This document shows positions 1 to 14,433 of a stretch of 64,000 bases of DNA, in pieces (the stretch's first letter is position 1; each line of letters opens with the position of its first letter). The stretch is taken from the NCBI RefSeq assembly GCF_009914755.1, contig NC_060925.1. One strand, 5' to 3'. The notes under the pieces were generated by a model. It was not told the origin of the DNA. It did no database searches and worked only from the letters and a program-made list of their open reading frames with translations. A program made the position numbers and the translations under genes. The DNA comes from the human T2T-CHM13v2.0 reference genome, Homo sapiens.

Positions 1-194
1 TGGAGATTTCAGCCGCTTTGAGGTCAATGGTAGAATAGGAAATATCTTCCTATAGAAACTAGACAGAATGATTCTCATAAACTCCTTTGTGATGTGTGCG
101 TTCAACTCACAGAGTTTAACCTTTCTGTTCATAGAGCAGTTAGGAAACACTCTGTTTGTAAAGTCTGCAAGTGGATATTCAGACCTCTTTGAGG

Positions 195-211
195 CTTCGT
201 TGGAAACGGGA
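195..211 (+). promoter_or_regulatory. CENP-B box (first of a series recurring about every 340 bp across the window)
   Basis: cTTCGttggAaaCGGGa matches the 17-bp CENP-B box with all 9 core bases (nTTCGnnnnAnnCGGGn). Other intact examples lie at 6304, 7063 and 8082. B dimers carry the ...CGGGt form. Confidence 0.97.
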
Positions 212-3200
212 TTTCTTCATATTCTGCTAGACAAAAGAATTCTCAGTAACTTCCTTGTGTTGTGTGTATTCAACTCACAGAGTTGAACGATCCTTTACAC
301 AGAGCAGACTTGAAACACTCTTTTTGTGGAATTTGCAAGTGGAGATTTCAGCCGCTTTGAGGTCAATAGTAGAAAAGGAAATATCTTCGTAGAAAAACTA
401 GACAGAATGATTCTCAGAAACTCCTTTGTGATGTGTGTGTTCAACTCACAGAGTTTAACCTTTCTTTTCATAGAGCAGTTAGTAAACACTCTGTTTATAA
501 AGTCTGCAAGTGGATATTCAGACCCCTTTGAGGCCTTCTTTGGAAACGGGATTTCTTCATATTCTGCTAGACAGAAGAATTCTCAGTAACTTCCTTGTGT
601 TGTGTGTATTCAACTGACAGAGTTGAACTTTCATTTAGAGAGAGCAGATTTGAAACACTTTTTTTGTGGAATTTGCAAGTGGAGATTTCAAGCGCTTTGG
701 GGCCAAAGGTAGAAAAGGAAATATCTTCGTATAAAAACTAGACAGAATCATTCTCAGAAACTGCTGCGTGATGTGTGTGTTCAACTCTCAGAGTTTAACT
801 TTCCTTTTCATTCAGCGGTTTGGAAACACTCTGTTTGTAAAGTCTGCACGTGGATATTTTGACCACTTAGAGGCCTTCGTTGGAAACGGGTTTTTTTGTA
901 TGTAAGGCTAGACAGAAGAATTCCCAGTAACTTCCTTGTGTTGTGTGCATTCAACTCACAGAGTTGAACGTTCCCTTAGACAGAGCAGATTTGAAACACT
1001 CTATTTGTGCAATTTGCAAGTGTATATTTCAAGCGCTTTAAGGTCAAAGGCAGAAAAGGAAATATCTTCGTTTCAAAACTAGACAGAATCATTCCCACAA
1101 ACTGCGTTGTGATGTGTTCGTTCAACTCACAGAGTTTAACCTTTCTGTTCATAGAGCAGTTAGGAAACACTCTGTTTGTAAAGTCTGTAAGTGGATATTC
1201 TGACATCTTGTGGCCTTCGTTGGAAACGGGATTTCTTCATATTCTGCTAGACAGAAGAATTCTCAGTAACTTCCTTGTGTTGTGTGTATTCAACTCACAG
1301 AGTTGAACGATCCTTTACACAGAGCAGACTTGAAACACTCTTTTTGTGGAATTTGCAAGTGGAGATTTCAGCCGCTTTGAGGTCAATGGTAGAAAAGGAA
1401 ATATCTTCGTATAAAGACTAGACAGAATGATTCTCAGAAACTCCTTGGTGATGTGTGCGTTCAACTCACAGAGTTTAACCTTTCTTTTCATAGAGCAGTT
1501 AGGAAACACTGTGTAAAGTCTGCAAGTGGATATTCAGACCTCCTTGAGGCCTTCGTTGGAAACGGGATTTCTTCATATTCTGCTAGACAGAAGAATTCTC
1601 AGTAACTTCCTTGTGTTGTGTGTATTCAACTCACAGAGTTGAAAGATCCTTTACAGAGAGCAGACTTGAAACACTCTTTTTGTGGAATTTGTAAGTGGAG
1701 ATTTCAGCCGCTTTGAGGTCAATGGTAGAATAGGAAATATCTTAATATAGAAACTAGACAGAATGATTCTCAGAAACTCCTTTGTGATGTGTGCGTTCAA
1801 CTCACAGAGTTTAACCTTTCTTTTCATAGAGCAGTTAGGAAACACTCTGTTTGTAAAGTCTGCAAGTGGATATTCAGACCTCTTTGAGGCCTTCGTTGGA
1901 AACGGGATTTCTTCATATTCTGCTAGACAGAAGAATTCTCAGTAACTTCCTTGTGTTGTGTGTATTCAACTCACAGAGTTGAAAGATCCTTTACACAGAG
2001 CATTCTTGAAACACTCTTTTTGTGGAATTTGCAAGTGGAGATTTCAGACGCTTTGAGGTCAATAGTAGAAAAGGAAATATCTTCGTAGAAAAACTAGACA
2101 GAATGATTCTCAGAAACTCCTTTGTGATGTGTGTGTTCAACTCACAGAGTTGAACCTTTCTTTTCATAGAGCAGTTAGTAAACACTCTGTTTATAAAGTC
2201 TGCAAGTGGATATTCAGATCCCTTTGAGGCCTTCGTTGGAAACGGGATTTCTTCATATTATGCTAGACAGAAGAATTCTCAGTAACTTCCTTGTGTTGTG
2301 TGTATTCAACTGACAGAGTTGAACTTTCATTTAGAGAGAGCAGATTTGAAACACTGTTTTTGTGGAATTTGCAAGTGGAGATTTTAAGCGCTTTGGGGCC
2401 AAAGGCAGAAAAGGAAATATCTTCGTATAAAAACTAGACAGAATCATTCTCAGAAACTGCTGCGTGATGTGTGCGTTCAACTCTCAGAGTTTAACTTTTC
2501 TTTTCATTCAGCGGTTTGGAAACACTCTGTGAAGTCTGCACGTGGATATTTTGACCACTTAGAGGCCTTCGTTGGAAACGGGTTTTTTTCATGTAAGGCT
2601 AGACAGAAGAATTCCCAGTAACTTCCTTGTGTTGTGTGCATTCAACTCACAGAGTTGAACGTTCCCTTAGACAGAGCAGATTTGAAACACTCTATTTGTG
2701 CAATTTGCAAGTGTAGATTTCAAGCACTTTAAGGTCAATGGCAGAAAAGGGAATATCTTCGTTTCAAAACTAGACAGAATCATTCCCACAAACTGCGTTG
2801 TGATGTGTTCGTTCAACTCACAGAGTTTAACCTTTCTGTTCATAGAGCAGTTAGGAAACACTCTGTTTGTAAAGTCTGTAAGTGGATATTCTGACATCTT
2901 GTGGCCTTCGTTGGAAACGGGATTTCTTCATATTCTGCTAGACAGAAGAATTCTCAGTAACTTCCTTGTGTTGTGTGTATTCAACTCACAGAGTTGAACG
3001 ATCCTTTACACAGAGCAGACTTGAAACACTCTTTTTGTGGAATTTGCAAGTGGAGATTTCAGCCGCTTTGAGGTCAATGGTAGAAAAGGAAATATCTTCG
3101 TATAAAGAATAGACAGAATGATTCTCAGAAACTCCTTTGTGATGTGTGCGTTCAACTCACAGAGTTTAACTTTTCTTTTCATAGAGCAGTTAGGAAACAC

Positions 3201-3652
3201 TCTGTTTGTAAAGTCTGCAAGTGGATATTCAGACCTCTTTGAGGCCTTCGTTGGAAACGGGATTTTTTCATATTATGCTAGACAGAAGAATTCTCAGTAA
3301 CTTCCTTGTGTTGTGTGTATTCAACTCACAGAGTTGAACGATCCTTTACAGAGAGCAGACTTGAAACACTCTTTTTGTGGAATTTGCCAATGGAGATTTC
3401 AGCCGCTTTGATGTCAATGGTAGAATAGGAAATATCTTCCTATAGAAACTAGACAGAATGATTCTCATAAACTCCTTTGTGATGTGTGCGTTCAACTCAC
3501 AGAGTTTAACCTTTCTTTTCATAGAGCAGTTAGGAAACACTCTGTTTGTAAAGTCTGCAAGTGGATATTCAGACCTCCTTGAGGCCTTCGTTGGAAACGG
3601 GATTTCCTCTTATTCTGCTAGACAGAAGAATTCTCAGTAACTTCCTTGTGTT

Positions 3653-5010
3653 GTGTGTATTCAACTGACAGAGTTGAACGATCCTTTACACAGAGCAGAC
3701 TTGAAACACTCTTTTTGTGGAATTTGCAAGTGGAGATTTCAAGCGCTTTGGGGCCAAAGGCAGAAAAGGACATATCTTCGTATAAAAACTAGACAGAATA
3801 ATTCTCAGAAACTGCTGCGTGATGTGTGCGTTCAACTCTCAGAGTTTAACTTTTCTTTTCATTCAGCGGTTTGGAAACACTCTGTTTGTAAAGTCTGCAC
3901 GTGGATATTTTGACCACTTAGAGGCCTTCGTTGGAAACGGGTTTTATTCATGTAAGGCTAGACAGAAGAATTCCCAGTAACTTCCTTGTGTTGTGTGCAT
4001 TCAACTCACAGAGTTGAACGTTCCCTTAGACAGAGCAGATTTGAAACACTCTATTTGTGCAATTTGCAAGTGTAGATTTCAAGCGCTTTAAGGTCAATGG
4101 CAGAAAAGGAAATATCTTCGTTTCAAAACTAGACAGAATCATTCCCACAAACTGCGTTGTGATGTGTTCGTTCAACTCACAGAGTTTAACCTTTCTGTTC
4201 ATAGAGCAGTTAGGAAACACTCTGTTTGTAAAGTCTGTAAGTGGATATTCTGACATCTTGTGGCCTTCGTTGGAAACGGGATTTCTTCATATTCTGCTAG
4301 ACAGAAGAATTCTCAGTAACTTCCTTGTGTTGTGTGTATTCAACTCACAAAGTTGAACGATCCTTTACACAGAGCAGACTTGAAACACTCTTTTTGTGGA
4401 ATTTGCAAGTGGAGATTTCAAGCGCTTTGGGGCCAAAGGCAGAAAAGGACATATCTTCGTATAAAAACTAGACAGAATAATTCTCAGAAACTGCTGCGTG
4501 ATGTGTGCGTTCAACTCTCAGAGTTTAACTTTTCTTTTCATTCAGCGGTTTGGAAACACTCTGTTTGTAAAGTCTGCACGTGGATATTTTGACCACTTAG
4601 AGGCCTTCGTTGGAAACGGGTTTTTTTCATGTAAGGCTAGACAAAAGAATTCCCAGTAACTTCCTTGTGTTGTGTGCATTCAACTCACAGAGTTGAACGT
4701 TCCCTTAGACAGAGCAGATTTGAAACACTCTATTTGTGCAATTTGCAAGTGTAGATTTCAAGCGCTTTAAGGTCAATGGCAGAAAAGGAAATATCTTCGT
4801 TTCAAAACTAGACAGAATCATTCCCACAAACTGCGTTGTGATGTGCTCGTTCAACTCACAGAGTTTAACCTTTCTGTTCATAGAGCAGTTAGGAAACACT
4901 CTCTTTGTAAAGTCTGTAAGTGGATATTCTGACATCTTGTGGCCTTCGTTGGAAACGGGATTTCTTCATATTCTGCTAGACAGAAGAATTCTCAGTAACT
5001 TCCTTGTGTT
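3653..5010 (+). repeat. Two tandem 679-bp 4-mer HOR variants (A/B hybrid dimer + C)
   Basis: Offset of 679 between 3653 and 4332. Both start A-like (gatcctttacac), switch to B (caagcgctttgggg) and share the private variants aggacatatc and agaataattctcagaaa. Confidence 0.88.
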
Positions 5011-6641
5011 GTGTGTATTCAACTCAGAGAGTTGAACGATCCTTTACACAGAGCAGACTTGAAACACTCTTTTTGTGGAATTTGCAAGTGGAGATTTCAG
5101 CCGCTTTGAGGTCAATGGTAGAAAAGGAAATATCTTCGTATAAAGACTAGACAGAATGATTCTCAGAAACTCCTTTGTGATGTGTGCGTTCAACTCACAG
5201 AGTTTAACCTTTCTTTTCATAGAGCAGTTAGGAAACACTCTGTTTGTAAAGTCTGCAAGTGGATATTCAGACCTCCTTGAGGCCTTCGTTGGAAACGGGA
5301 TTTCTTCATATTCTGCTAGACAGAAGAATTCTCAGTAACTTCCTTGTGTTGTGTGTATTCAACTCACAGAGTTGAATGATCCTTTACACAGAGCAGACTT
5401 GAAACACTCTTTTTGTGGAATTTGCAAGTGGAGATTTCAGCCGCTTTGAGGTCAATGTTAGAATATGAAATATCTTCCTATAGAAACTAGACAGAATGAT
5501 TCTCAGAAACTCCTTTGTGATGTGTGCGTTCAACTCACAGAGTTTAACCTTGCTTTTCATAGAGCAGTTAGGAAACACTCTGTGTGTAAAGTCTGCAAGT
5601 GGATATTCAGACCTCCTTGAGGCCTTCGTTGGAAACGGGATTTCTTCATATTCTGCTAGACAGAAGAATTCTCAGTAACTTCGTTGTGTTGTTTGTATTC
5701 AACTCACAGAGTTGAACGATCCTTTACACAGAGCAGACTTGAAACACTCTTTTTGTGGAATTTGCAAGTGGAGATTTCAGCCGCTTTGAGGTCAATGGTA
5801 GAAAAGGAAATATCTTCGTATAAAGACTAGACAGAATGATTCTCAGAAACTCCTTTGTGATGTGTGCGTTCAACTCACAGAGTTTAACCTTTCTTTTCAT
5901 AGAGCAGTTAGGAAACACTCTGTTTGTAAAGTCTGCAAGTGGATATTCAGACCTCCTTGAGGCCTTCGTTGGAAACGGGATTTCTTCATATTATGCTAGA
6001 CAGAAGAATTCTCAGTAACTTCCTTGTGTTGTGTGTATTCAACTCACAGAGTTGAACGATCCTTTACACAGAGCAGACTTGAAACACTCTTTTTGTGGAA
6101 TTTGCAAGTGGAGATTTCAGCCGCTTTGAGGTCAATGGTAGAATAGGAAATATCTTCCTATAGAAACTAGACAGAATGATTCTCAGAAACTCCTTTGTGA
6201 TGTGTGCGTTCAACTCACAGAGTTTAACCTTTCTTTTCATAGAGCAGTTAGGAAACACTCTGTTTGTAAAGTCTGCAAGTGGATATTCAGACCTCTTTGA
6301 GGCCTTCGTTGGAAACGGGATTTCTTCATATTATGCTAGACAGAAGAATTCTCAGTAACTTCCTTTTGTTGTGTGTATTCAACTGACAGAGTTGAACTTT
6401 CATTTAGAGAGAGCAGATTTGAAACACTGTTTTTGTGGAATTTGCAAGTGGAGATTTCAAGCGCTTTGAGGCCAAAGGCAGAAAAGGAAATATCTTCGTA
6501 TAAAAACTAGACAGAATAATTCTCAGAAACTGCTGCGTGATGTGTGCGTTCAACTCTCAGAGTTTAACTTTTCTTTTCATTCAGCGGTTTGGAAACACTC
6601 TGTTTGTAAAGTCTGCACGTGGATATTTTGACCACTTAGAG

Positions 6642-6720
6642 TTTAACGTTTCTTTTCATAGAGCAGTTAGTAAACACTCTGTTTATAAAGTCTGCAAGTG
6701 GATATTCAGACCCCTTTGAG
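6642..6720 (+). repeat. 79-bp partial monomer (junction of 419-bp out-of-register duplication), copy 1
   Basis: gaccacttAGAG is followed by tttaacg...tagtaaac...tttataaag...gacccctttgag instead of gccttcg. Confidence 0.93.
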
Positions 6721-9700
6721 GCCTTTGTTGGAAACGGAATTTCTTCATATTCTGCTAGACAGTAGAATTCTCAGTAACTTCCTTGTGTTGTGTGTATTCA
6801 ACTGACAGAGTTGAACTTTCATTTAGAGAGAGCAGATTTGAAACACTGTTTTTGTGGAATTTGCAAGTGGAGATTTCAAGCGCTTTGGGGCCAAAGGCAG
6901 AAAAGGAAATATCTTCGTATAAAAACTAGACAGAATCATTCTCAGAAACTGCTGCGTGATGTGTGCGTTCAACTTTCAGAGTTTAACTTTTCTTTTCATT
7001 CAGCGGTTTGGAAACACTCTGTTTGTAAAGTCTGCACGTGGATATTTTGACCACTTAGAGGCCTTCGTTGGAAACGGGTTTTTTTCATGTAAGGCTAGAC
7101 AGAAGAATTCCCAGTAACTTCCTTGTGTTGTGTGCATTCAACTCACAGAGTTGAACGTTTCCTTAGACAGAGCAGAATTGAAACACTCTATTTGTGCAAT
7201 TTGCAAGTGTAGATTTCAAGCGCTTTAAGGTCAATGGCAGAAAAGGAAATATCTTCGTTTCAAAACTAGACAGAATCATTCCCACAAACTGCGTTGTGAT
7301 GTGTTCGTTCAACTCACAGAGTTTAACCTTTCTGTTCATAGAGCAGTTAGGAAACACTCTGTTTGTAAAGTCTGTAAGTGGATATTCTGACATCTTGTGG
7401 CCTTCGTTGGAAACTGGATTTCTCCATATTCTACTAGACAGAAGAATTCTCAGTAACTTCCTTGTGTTGTGTGTATTCAACTCACAGAGTTGAACGATCC
7501 TTTACACAGAGCAGACTTGAAACACTCTTTTTGTGGAATTTGCAAGTGGAGATTTCAGCCGCTTTGAGGTCAATGTTAGAATAGGAAATATCTTCCTATA
7601 GAAACTAGACAGAATGATTCTCAGAAACTCCTTTGTGATGTGTGCGTTCAACTCACAGAGTTTAACCTTTCTTTTCATAGAGCAGTTAGGAAACACTCTG
7701 TTTGTAAAGTCTGCAAGTGGATATTCAGACCTCCTTGAGGCCTTCATTGGAAACGGGATTTCTTCATATTCTGCTAGACAGAAGAATTCTCAGTAACTTC
7801 CTTGTGTTGTGTGTATTCAACTCACAGAGTTGAACGATCCTTTACAGAGAGCAGACTTGAAACACTCTTTTTGTGGAATTTGCAAGTGGAGATTTCAGCC
7901 GCTTTGAGGTCAATGGTAGAATAGGAAATATCTTCCTATAGAAACTAGACAGAATGATTCTCAGAAACTCCTTTGTGATGTGTGCGTTCAACTCACAGAG
8001 TTTAACCTTACTTTTCATAGAGCAGTTAGGAAACACTCTGTTTGTAAAGTCTGCAAGTGGATATTCAGACCTCTTTGAGGCCTTCGTTGGAAACGGGATT
8101 TCTTCATATTCTGCTAGACAGAAGAATTCTCAGTAACTTCCTTGTGTTGTGTGTATTCAACTGACAGAGTTGAACTTTCATTTAGAGGGAGCAAATTTGA
8201 AACACTGTTTTTGTGGAATTTGCAAGTGGAGATTTCAGCCGCTTTGAGGTCAATGGTAGAAAAGGAAATATCTTCGTATAAAGACTAGACAGAATGATTC
8301 TCAGAAACTCCTCTGTGATGTGTGCGTTCAACTCACAGAGTTTAACCTTTCTTTTCATAGAGCAGTTAGGAAACACTCTGTTTGTAAAGTCTGCAAGTGG
8401 ATATTCAGACCTCCTTGAGGCCTTCGTTGGAAACGGGATTTCTTCATATTCTGCTAGACAGAAGAATTCTCAGTAACTTCCTTGTGTTGTGTGTATTCAA
8501 CTCACAGAGTTGAACGATCCTTTACAGAGAGCATACTTGAAACACTCTTTTTGTGGAATTTGCAAGTGGAGATTTCAGCCGCTTTGAGGTCAATGGTAGA
8601 ATAGGAAATATCTTCCTATAGAAACAAGACAGAATGATTCTCAGAAACTCCTTTGTGATGTGTGCGTTCAACTCACAGAGTTTAACCATTCTTTTCATTG
8701 AGCAGTTAGGAAACACTCTGTTTGTAAAGTCTGCAAGTGGATATTCAGACCTCCTTGAGGCCTTCGTTGGAAACGGGATTTCTTTATATTCTGCTAGACA
8801 GAAGAATTCTCAGTAACTTCCTTGTGTTGTGTGTATTCAACTCACAGAGTTGAACGATCCTTTACACAGAGCAGACTTGAAACACTCTTTTTGTGTAATT
8901 TGCAAGTGGAGATTTCAGCCGCTTTGAGGTCAATAGTAGAAAAGGAAATATCTTCGTAGAAAAACTAGACAGAATGATTCTCAGAAACTCCTTTGTGATG
9001 TGTGTGTTCAACTCACAGAGTTTAACCTTTCTTTTCATAGAGCAGTTAGGAAACACTCTGTTTATAAAGTCTGCAAGTGGATATTCAGACCCCTTTGAGG
9101 CCTTCGTTGGAAACGGGATTTCTTCATATTATGCTAGACAGAAGAATTCTCAGTAACTTCCTTTTGTTGTGTGTATTCAACTGACAGAGTTGAACTTTCA
9201 TTTAGAGAGAGCAGATTTGAAACACTGTTTTTGTAGAATTTGCAAGTGGAGATTTCAAGCGCTTTGGGGCCAAAGGCAGAAAAGGAAATATCTTCGTATA
9301 AAAACTAGACAGAATCATTCTCAGAAACTGCTGCGTGATGTGTGCGTTCAACTCTCAGAGTTTAACTTTTCTTTTCATTCAGCGGTTTGGAAACACTCTG
9401 TTTGTAAAGTCTGCACGTGGACATTTTGACCACTTAGAGGACTTCGTTGGAAACGGGTTTTTTGCATGTAAGGCTAGACAGAAGAATTCCCAGTAACTTC
9501 CTTGTGTTGTGTGCATTCAACTCACAGAGTTGAACGTTCCCTTAGACAGAGCAGATTTGAAACACTCTATTTGTGCAATTTGCAAGTGTAGATTTCAAGC
9601 GCTTTAAGGTCAATGGCAGAAAAGGAAATATCTTCGTTTCAAAACTAGACAGAATCATTCCCACAAAGTGCGTTGTGATGTGTTCGTTCAACTCACAGAG

Positions 9701-12157
9701 TTTAACCTTTCTGTTCATAGAGCAGTTAGGAAACACTCTGTTTGTAAAGTCTGTAAGTGGATATTCTGACATCTTGTGGCCTTCGTTGGAAAAGGGATTT
9801 CTTCATATTCTGCTAGACAGAAGAATTCTCAGTAACTTCCTTGTGTTGTGTGTATTCAACTCACAGAGTTGAACGATCCTTTACACAGAGCAGACTTGAA
9901 ACACTCTTTTTGTGGAATTTGCAAGTGGAGATTTCAAGCGCTTTGGGGCCAAAGGCAGAAAAGGACATATCTTCGTATAAAAACTAGACAGAATAATTCT
10001 CAGAAACTGCTGCGTGATGTGTGCGTTCAACTCTCAGAGTTTAACTTTTCTTTTCATTCAGCGGTTTGGAAACACTCTGTTTGTAAAGTCTGCACGTGGA
10101 TATTTTGACCACTTAGAGGCCTTCGTTGGAAACGGGTTTTTTTCATGTAAGGCTAGACAAAAGAATTCCCAGTAACTTCCTTGTGTTGTGTGCATTCAAC
10201 TCACAGAGTTGAACGTTCCCTTAGACAGAGCAGATTTGAAACACTCTATTTGTGCAATTTGCAAGTGTAGATTTCAAGCGCTTTAAGGTCAATGGCAGAA
10301 AAGGAAATATCTTCGTTTCAAAACTAGACAGAATCATTCCCACAAACTGCGTTGTGATGTGCTCGTTCAACTCACAGAGTTTAACCTTTCTGTTCATAGA
10401 GCAGTTAGGAAACACTCTGTTTGTAAAGTCTGTAAGTGGATATTCTGACATCTTGTGGCCTTCGTTGGAAACGGGATTTCTTCATATTCTGCTAGACAGA
10501 AGAATTCTCAGTAACTTCCTTGTGTTGTGTGTATTCAACTCACAGAGTTGAACGATCCTTTACACAGAGCAGACTTGAAACACTCTTTTTGTGGAATTTG
10601 CAAGTGGAGATTTCAGCCGCTTTGAGGTCAATGGTAGAAAAGGAAATATCTTCGTATAAAGACTAGACAGAATGATTCTCAGAAACTCCTTTGTGATGTG
10701 TGCGTTCAACTCACAGAGTTTAACCTTTCTTTTCATAGAGCAGTTAGGAAACACTCTGTTTGTAAAGTCTGCAAGTGGATATTCAGACCTCCTTGAGGCC
10801 TTCGTTGGAAACGGGATTTCTTCATATTCCGCTAGACAGAAGAATTCTCAGTAACTTCCTTGTGTTGTGTGTATTCAACTCACAGAGTTGAACGATCCTT
10901 TACACAGAGCAGACTTGAAACACTCTTTTTGTGGAATTTGCAAGTGGAGATTTCAGCCGCTTTGAGGTCAATGTTAGAATATGAAATATCTTCCTATAGA
11001 AACTAGACAGAATGATTCTCAGAAACTCCTTTGTGATGTGTGCGTTCAACTCACAGAGTTTAACCTTGCTTTTCATAGAGCAGTTAGGAAACACTCTGTG
11101 TGTAAAGTCTGCAAGTGGATATTCAGACCTCCTTGAGGCCTTCGTTGGAAACGGGATTTCTTCATATTCTGCTAGACAGAAGAATTCTCAGTAACTTCGT
11201 TGTGTTGTTTGTATTCAACTCACAGAGTTGAACGATCCTTTACACAGAGCAGACTTGAAACACTCTTTTTGTGGAATTTGCAAGTGGAGATTTCAGCCGC
11301 TTTGAGGTCAATGGTAGAAAAGGAAATATCTTCGTATAAAGACTAGACAGAATGATTCTCAGAAACTCCTTTGTGATGTGTGCGTTCAACTCACAGAGTT
11401 TAACCTTTCTTTTCATAGAGCAGTTAGGAAACACTCTGTTTGTAAAGTCTGCAAGTGGATATTCAGACCTCCTTGAGGCCTTCGTTGGAAACGGGATTTC
11501 TTCATATTATGCTAGACAGAAGAATTCTCAGTAACTTCCTTGTGTTGTGTGTATTCAACTCACAGAGTTGAACGATCCTTTACACAGAGCAGACTTGAAA
11601 CACTCTTTTTGTGGAATTTGCAAGTGGAGATTTCAGCCGCTTTGAGGTCAATGGTAGAATAGGAAATATCTTCCTATAGAAACTAGACAGAATGATTCTC
11701 AGAAACTCCTTTGTGATGTGTGCGTTCAACTCACAGAGTTTAACCTTTCTTTTCATAGAGCAGTTAGGAAACACTCTGTTTGTAAAGTCTGCAAGTGGAT
11801 ATTCAGACCTCTTTGAGGCCTTCGTTGGAAACGGGATTTCTTCATATTATGCTAGACAGAAGAATTCTCAGTAACTTCCTTTTGTTGTGTGTATTCAACT
11901 GACAGAGTTGAACTTTCATTTAGAGAGAGCAGATTTGAAACACTGTTTTTGTGGAATTTGCAAGTGGAGATTTCAAGCGCTTTGAGGCCAAAGGCAGAAA
12001 AGGAAATATCTTCGTATAAAAACTAGACAGAATAATTCTCAGAAACTGCTGCGTGATGTGTGCGTTCAACTCTCAGAGTTTAACTTTTCTTTTCATTCAG
12101 CGGTTTGGAAACACTCTGTTTGTAAAGTCTGCACGTGGATATTTTGACCACTTAGAG

Positions 12158-12655
12158 TTTAACGTTTCTTTTCATAGAGCAGTTAGTAAACACTCTGTTT
12201 ATAAAGTCTGCAAGTGGATATTCAGACCCCTTTGAGGCCTTTGTTGGAAACGGAATTTCTTCATATTCTGCTAGACAGAAGAATTCTCAGTAACTTCCTT
12301 GTGTTGTGTGTTTTCAACTGACAGAGTTGAACTTTCATTTAGAGAGAGCAGATTTGAAACACTGTTTTTGTGGAATTTGCAAGTGGAGATTTCAAGCGCT
12401 TTGGGGCCAAAGGCAGAAAAGGAAATATCTTCGTATAAAAACTAGACAGAATCATTCTCAGAAACTGCTGCGTGATGTGTGCGTTCAACTCTCAGAGTTT
12501 AACTTTTCTTTTCATTCAGCGGTTTGGAAACACTCTGTTTGTAAAGTCTGCACGTGGATATTTTGACCACTTAGAGTTTAACCTTTCTTTTCATAGAGCA
12601 GTTAGTAAACACTCTGTTTATAAAGTCTGCAAGTGGATATTCAGACCCCTTTGAG
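12158..12655 (+). repeat. 79-bp partial monomer, copies 2 and 3 (12158-12236, 12577-12655), 419 bp apart
   Basis: The same ccacttagagtttaac junction occurs twice, offset 419. Confidence 0.93.
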
Positions 12656-14354
12656 GCCTTCGTTGGAAACGGGATTTCTTCATATTATGCTAGAAAGGAG
12701 AATTCTCAGTAACTTCCTTGTGTTGTGTGTATTCAACTGACAGAGTTGAACTTTCATTTAGAGAGAGCAGATTTGAAACACTGTTTTTGTGGAATTTGCA
12801 AGTGGAGATTTCAAGCGCTTTGGGGCCAAAGACAGAAAAGGAAATATCTTCGTATAAAAACTAGACAGAATCATTCTCAGAAACTGCTGCGTGATGTGTG
12901 CGTCCAACTCTCAGAGTTTAACTTTTCTTTTCATTCAGCGGTTTGGAAACACTCTGTTTGTAAAGTCTGCACGTGGATATTTTGACCACTTAGAGGCCTT
13001 CGTTGGAAACGGGTTTTTTTCATGTAAGGCTAGACAGAAGAATTCCCAGTAACTTCCTTGTGTTGTGTGCATTCAACTCACAGAGTTGAACGTTTCCTTA
13101 GACAGAGCAGAATTGAAACACTCTATTTGTGCAATTTGCAAGTGTAGATTTCAAGCGCTTTAAGGTCAATGGCAGAAAAGGAAATATCTTCGTTTCAAAA
13201 CTAGACAGAATCATTCCCACAAACTGCGTTGTGATGTGTTCGTTCAACTCACAGAGTTTAACCTTTCTGTTCATAGAGCAGTTAGGAAACACTCTGTTTG
13301 TAAAGTCTGTAAGTGGATATTCTGACATCTTGTGGCCTTCGTTGGAAACTGGATTTCTCCATATTCTACTAGACAGAAGAATTCTCAGTAACTTCCTTGT
13401 GTTGTGTGTATTCAACTCACAGAGTTGAACGATCCTTTACACAGAGCAGACTTGAAACACTCTTTTTGTGGAATTTGCAAGTGGAGATTTCAGCCGCTTT
13501 GAGGTCAATGTTAGAATAGGAAATATCTTCCTATAGAAACTAGACAGAATGATTCTCAGAAACTCCTTTGTGATGTGTGCGTTCAACTCACAGAGTTTAA
13601 CCTTTCTTTTCATAGAGCAGTTAGGAAACACTCTGTTTGTAAAGTCTGCAAGTGGATATTCAGACCTCCTTGAGGCCTTCATTGGAAACGGGATTTCTTC
13701 ATATTCTGCTAGACAGAAGAATTCTCAGTAACTTCCTTGTGTTGTGTGTATTCAACTCACAGAGTTGAACGATCCTTTACAGAGAGCAGACTTGAAACAC
13801 TCTTTTTGTGGAATTTGCAAGTGGAGATTTCAGCCGCTTTGAGGTCAATGGTAGAATAGGAAATATCTTCCTATAGAAACTAGACAGAATGATTCTCAGA
13901 AAGTCCTTTGTGATGTGTGCATTCAACTCACAGAGTTTAACCTTACTTTTCATAGAGCAGTTAGGAAACACTCTGTTTGTAAAGTCTGCAAGTGGATATT
14001 CAGACCTCTTTGAGGCCTTCGTTGGAAACGGGATTTCTTCATATTATGCTAGACAGAAGAATTCTCAGTAACTTCCTTGTGTTGTGTGTATTCAACTGAC
14101 AGAGTTGAACTTTCATTTAGAGGGAGCAGATTTGAAACACTGTTTTTGTGGAATTTGCAAGTGGAGATTTCAAACGCTTTGGGGCCAAAGGCAGAAAAGG
14201 AAACATCTTCGTATAAAAACTAGACAGAATCATTCTCAGAAACTGCTGCGTGATGTGTGCGTTCAACTCTCAGAGTTTAACTTTTCTTTTCATTCAGCGG
14301 CTTGGAAACACTCTGTTTGTAAAGTCTGCACGTGGATATTTTGACCACTTAGAG

Positions 14355-14433
14355 TTTAACCTTTCTTTTCATAGAGCAGTTAGTAAACACTCTGTTTATA
14401 AAGTCTGCAAGTGGATATTCAGACCCCTTTGAG
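14355..14433 (+). repeat. 79-bp partial monomer, copy 4
   Basis: ccacttagagtttaac junction, AGAG at 14351-14354. Confidence 0.93.

Noticed and set aside
889-898. T-tract after the B-dimer CENP-B box as a terminator
   Set aside because: It is a fixed feature of the B monomer with no GC-rich hairpin or transcription unit. Its small length changes are ordinary homopolymer variation.
6642-6720. 79-bp segment as a mobile element or foreign insertion
   Set aside because: It is alphoid sequence matching the preceding A variant, with no terminal repeats, poly-A or target-site duplication. A 419-bp duplication explains it fully.
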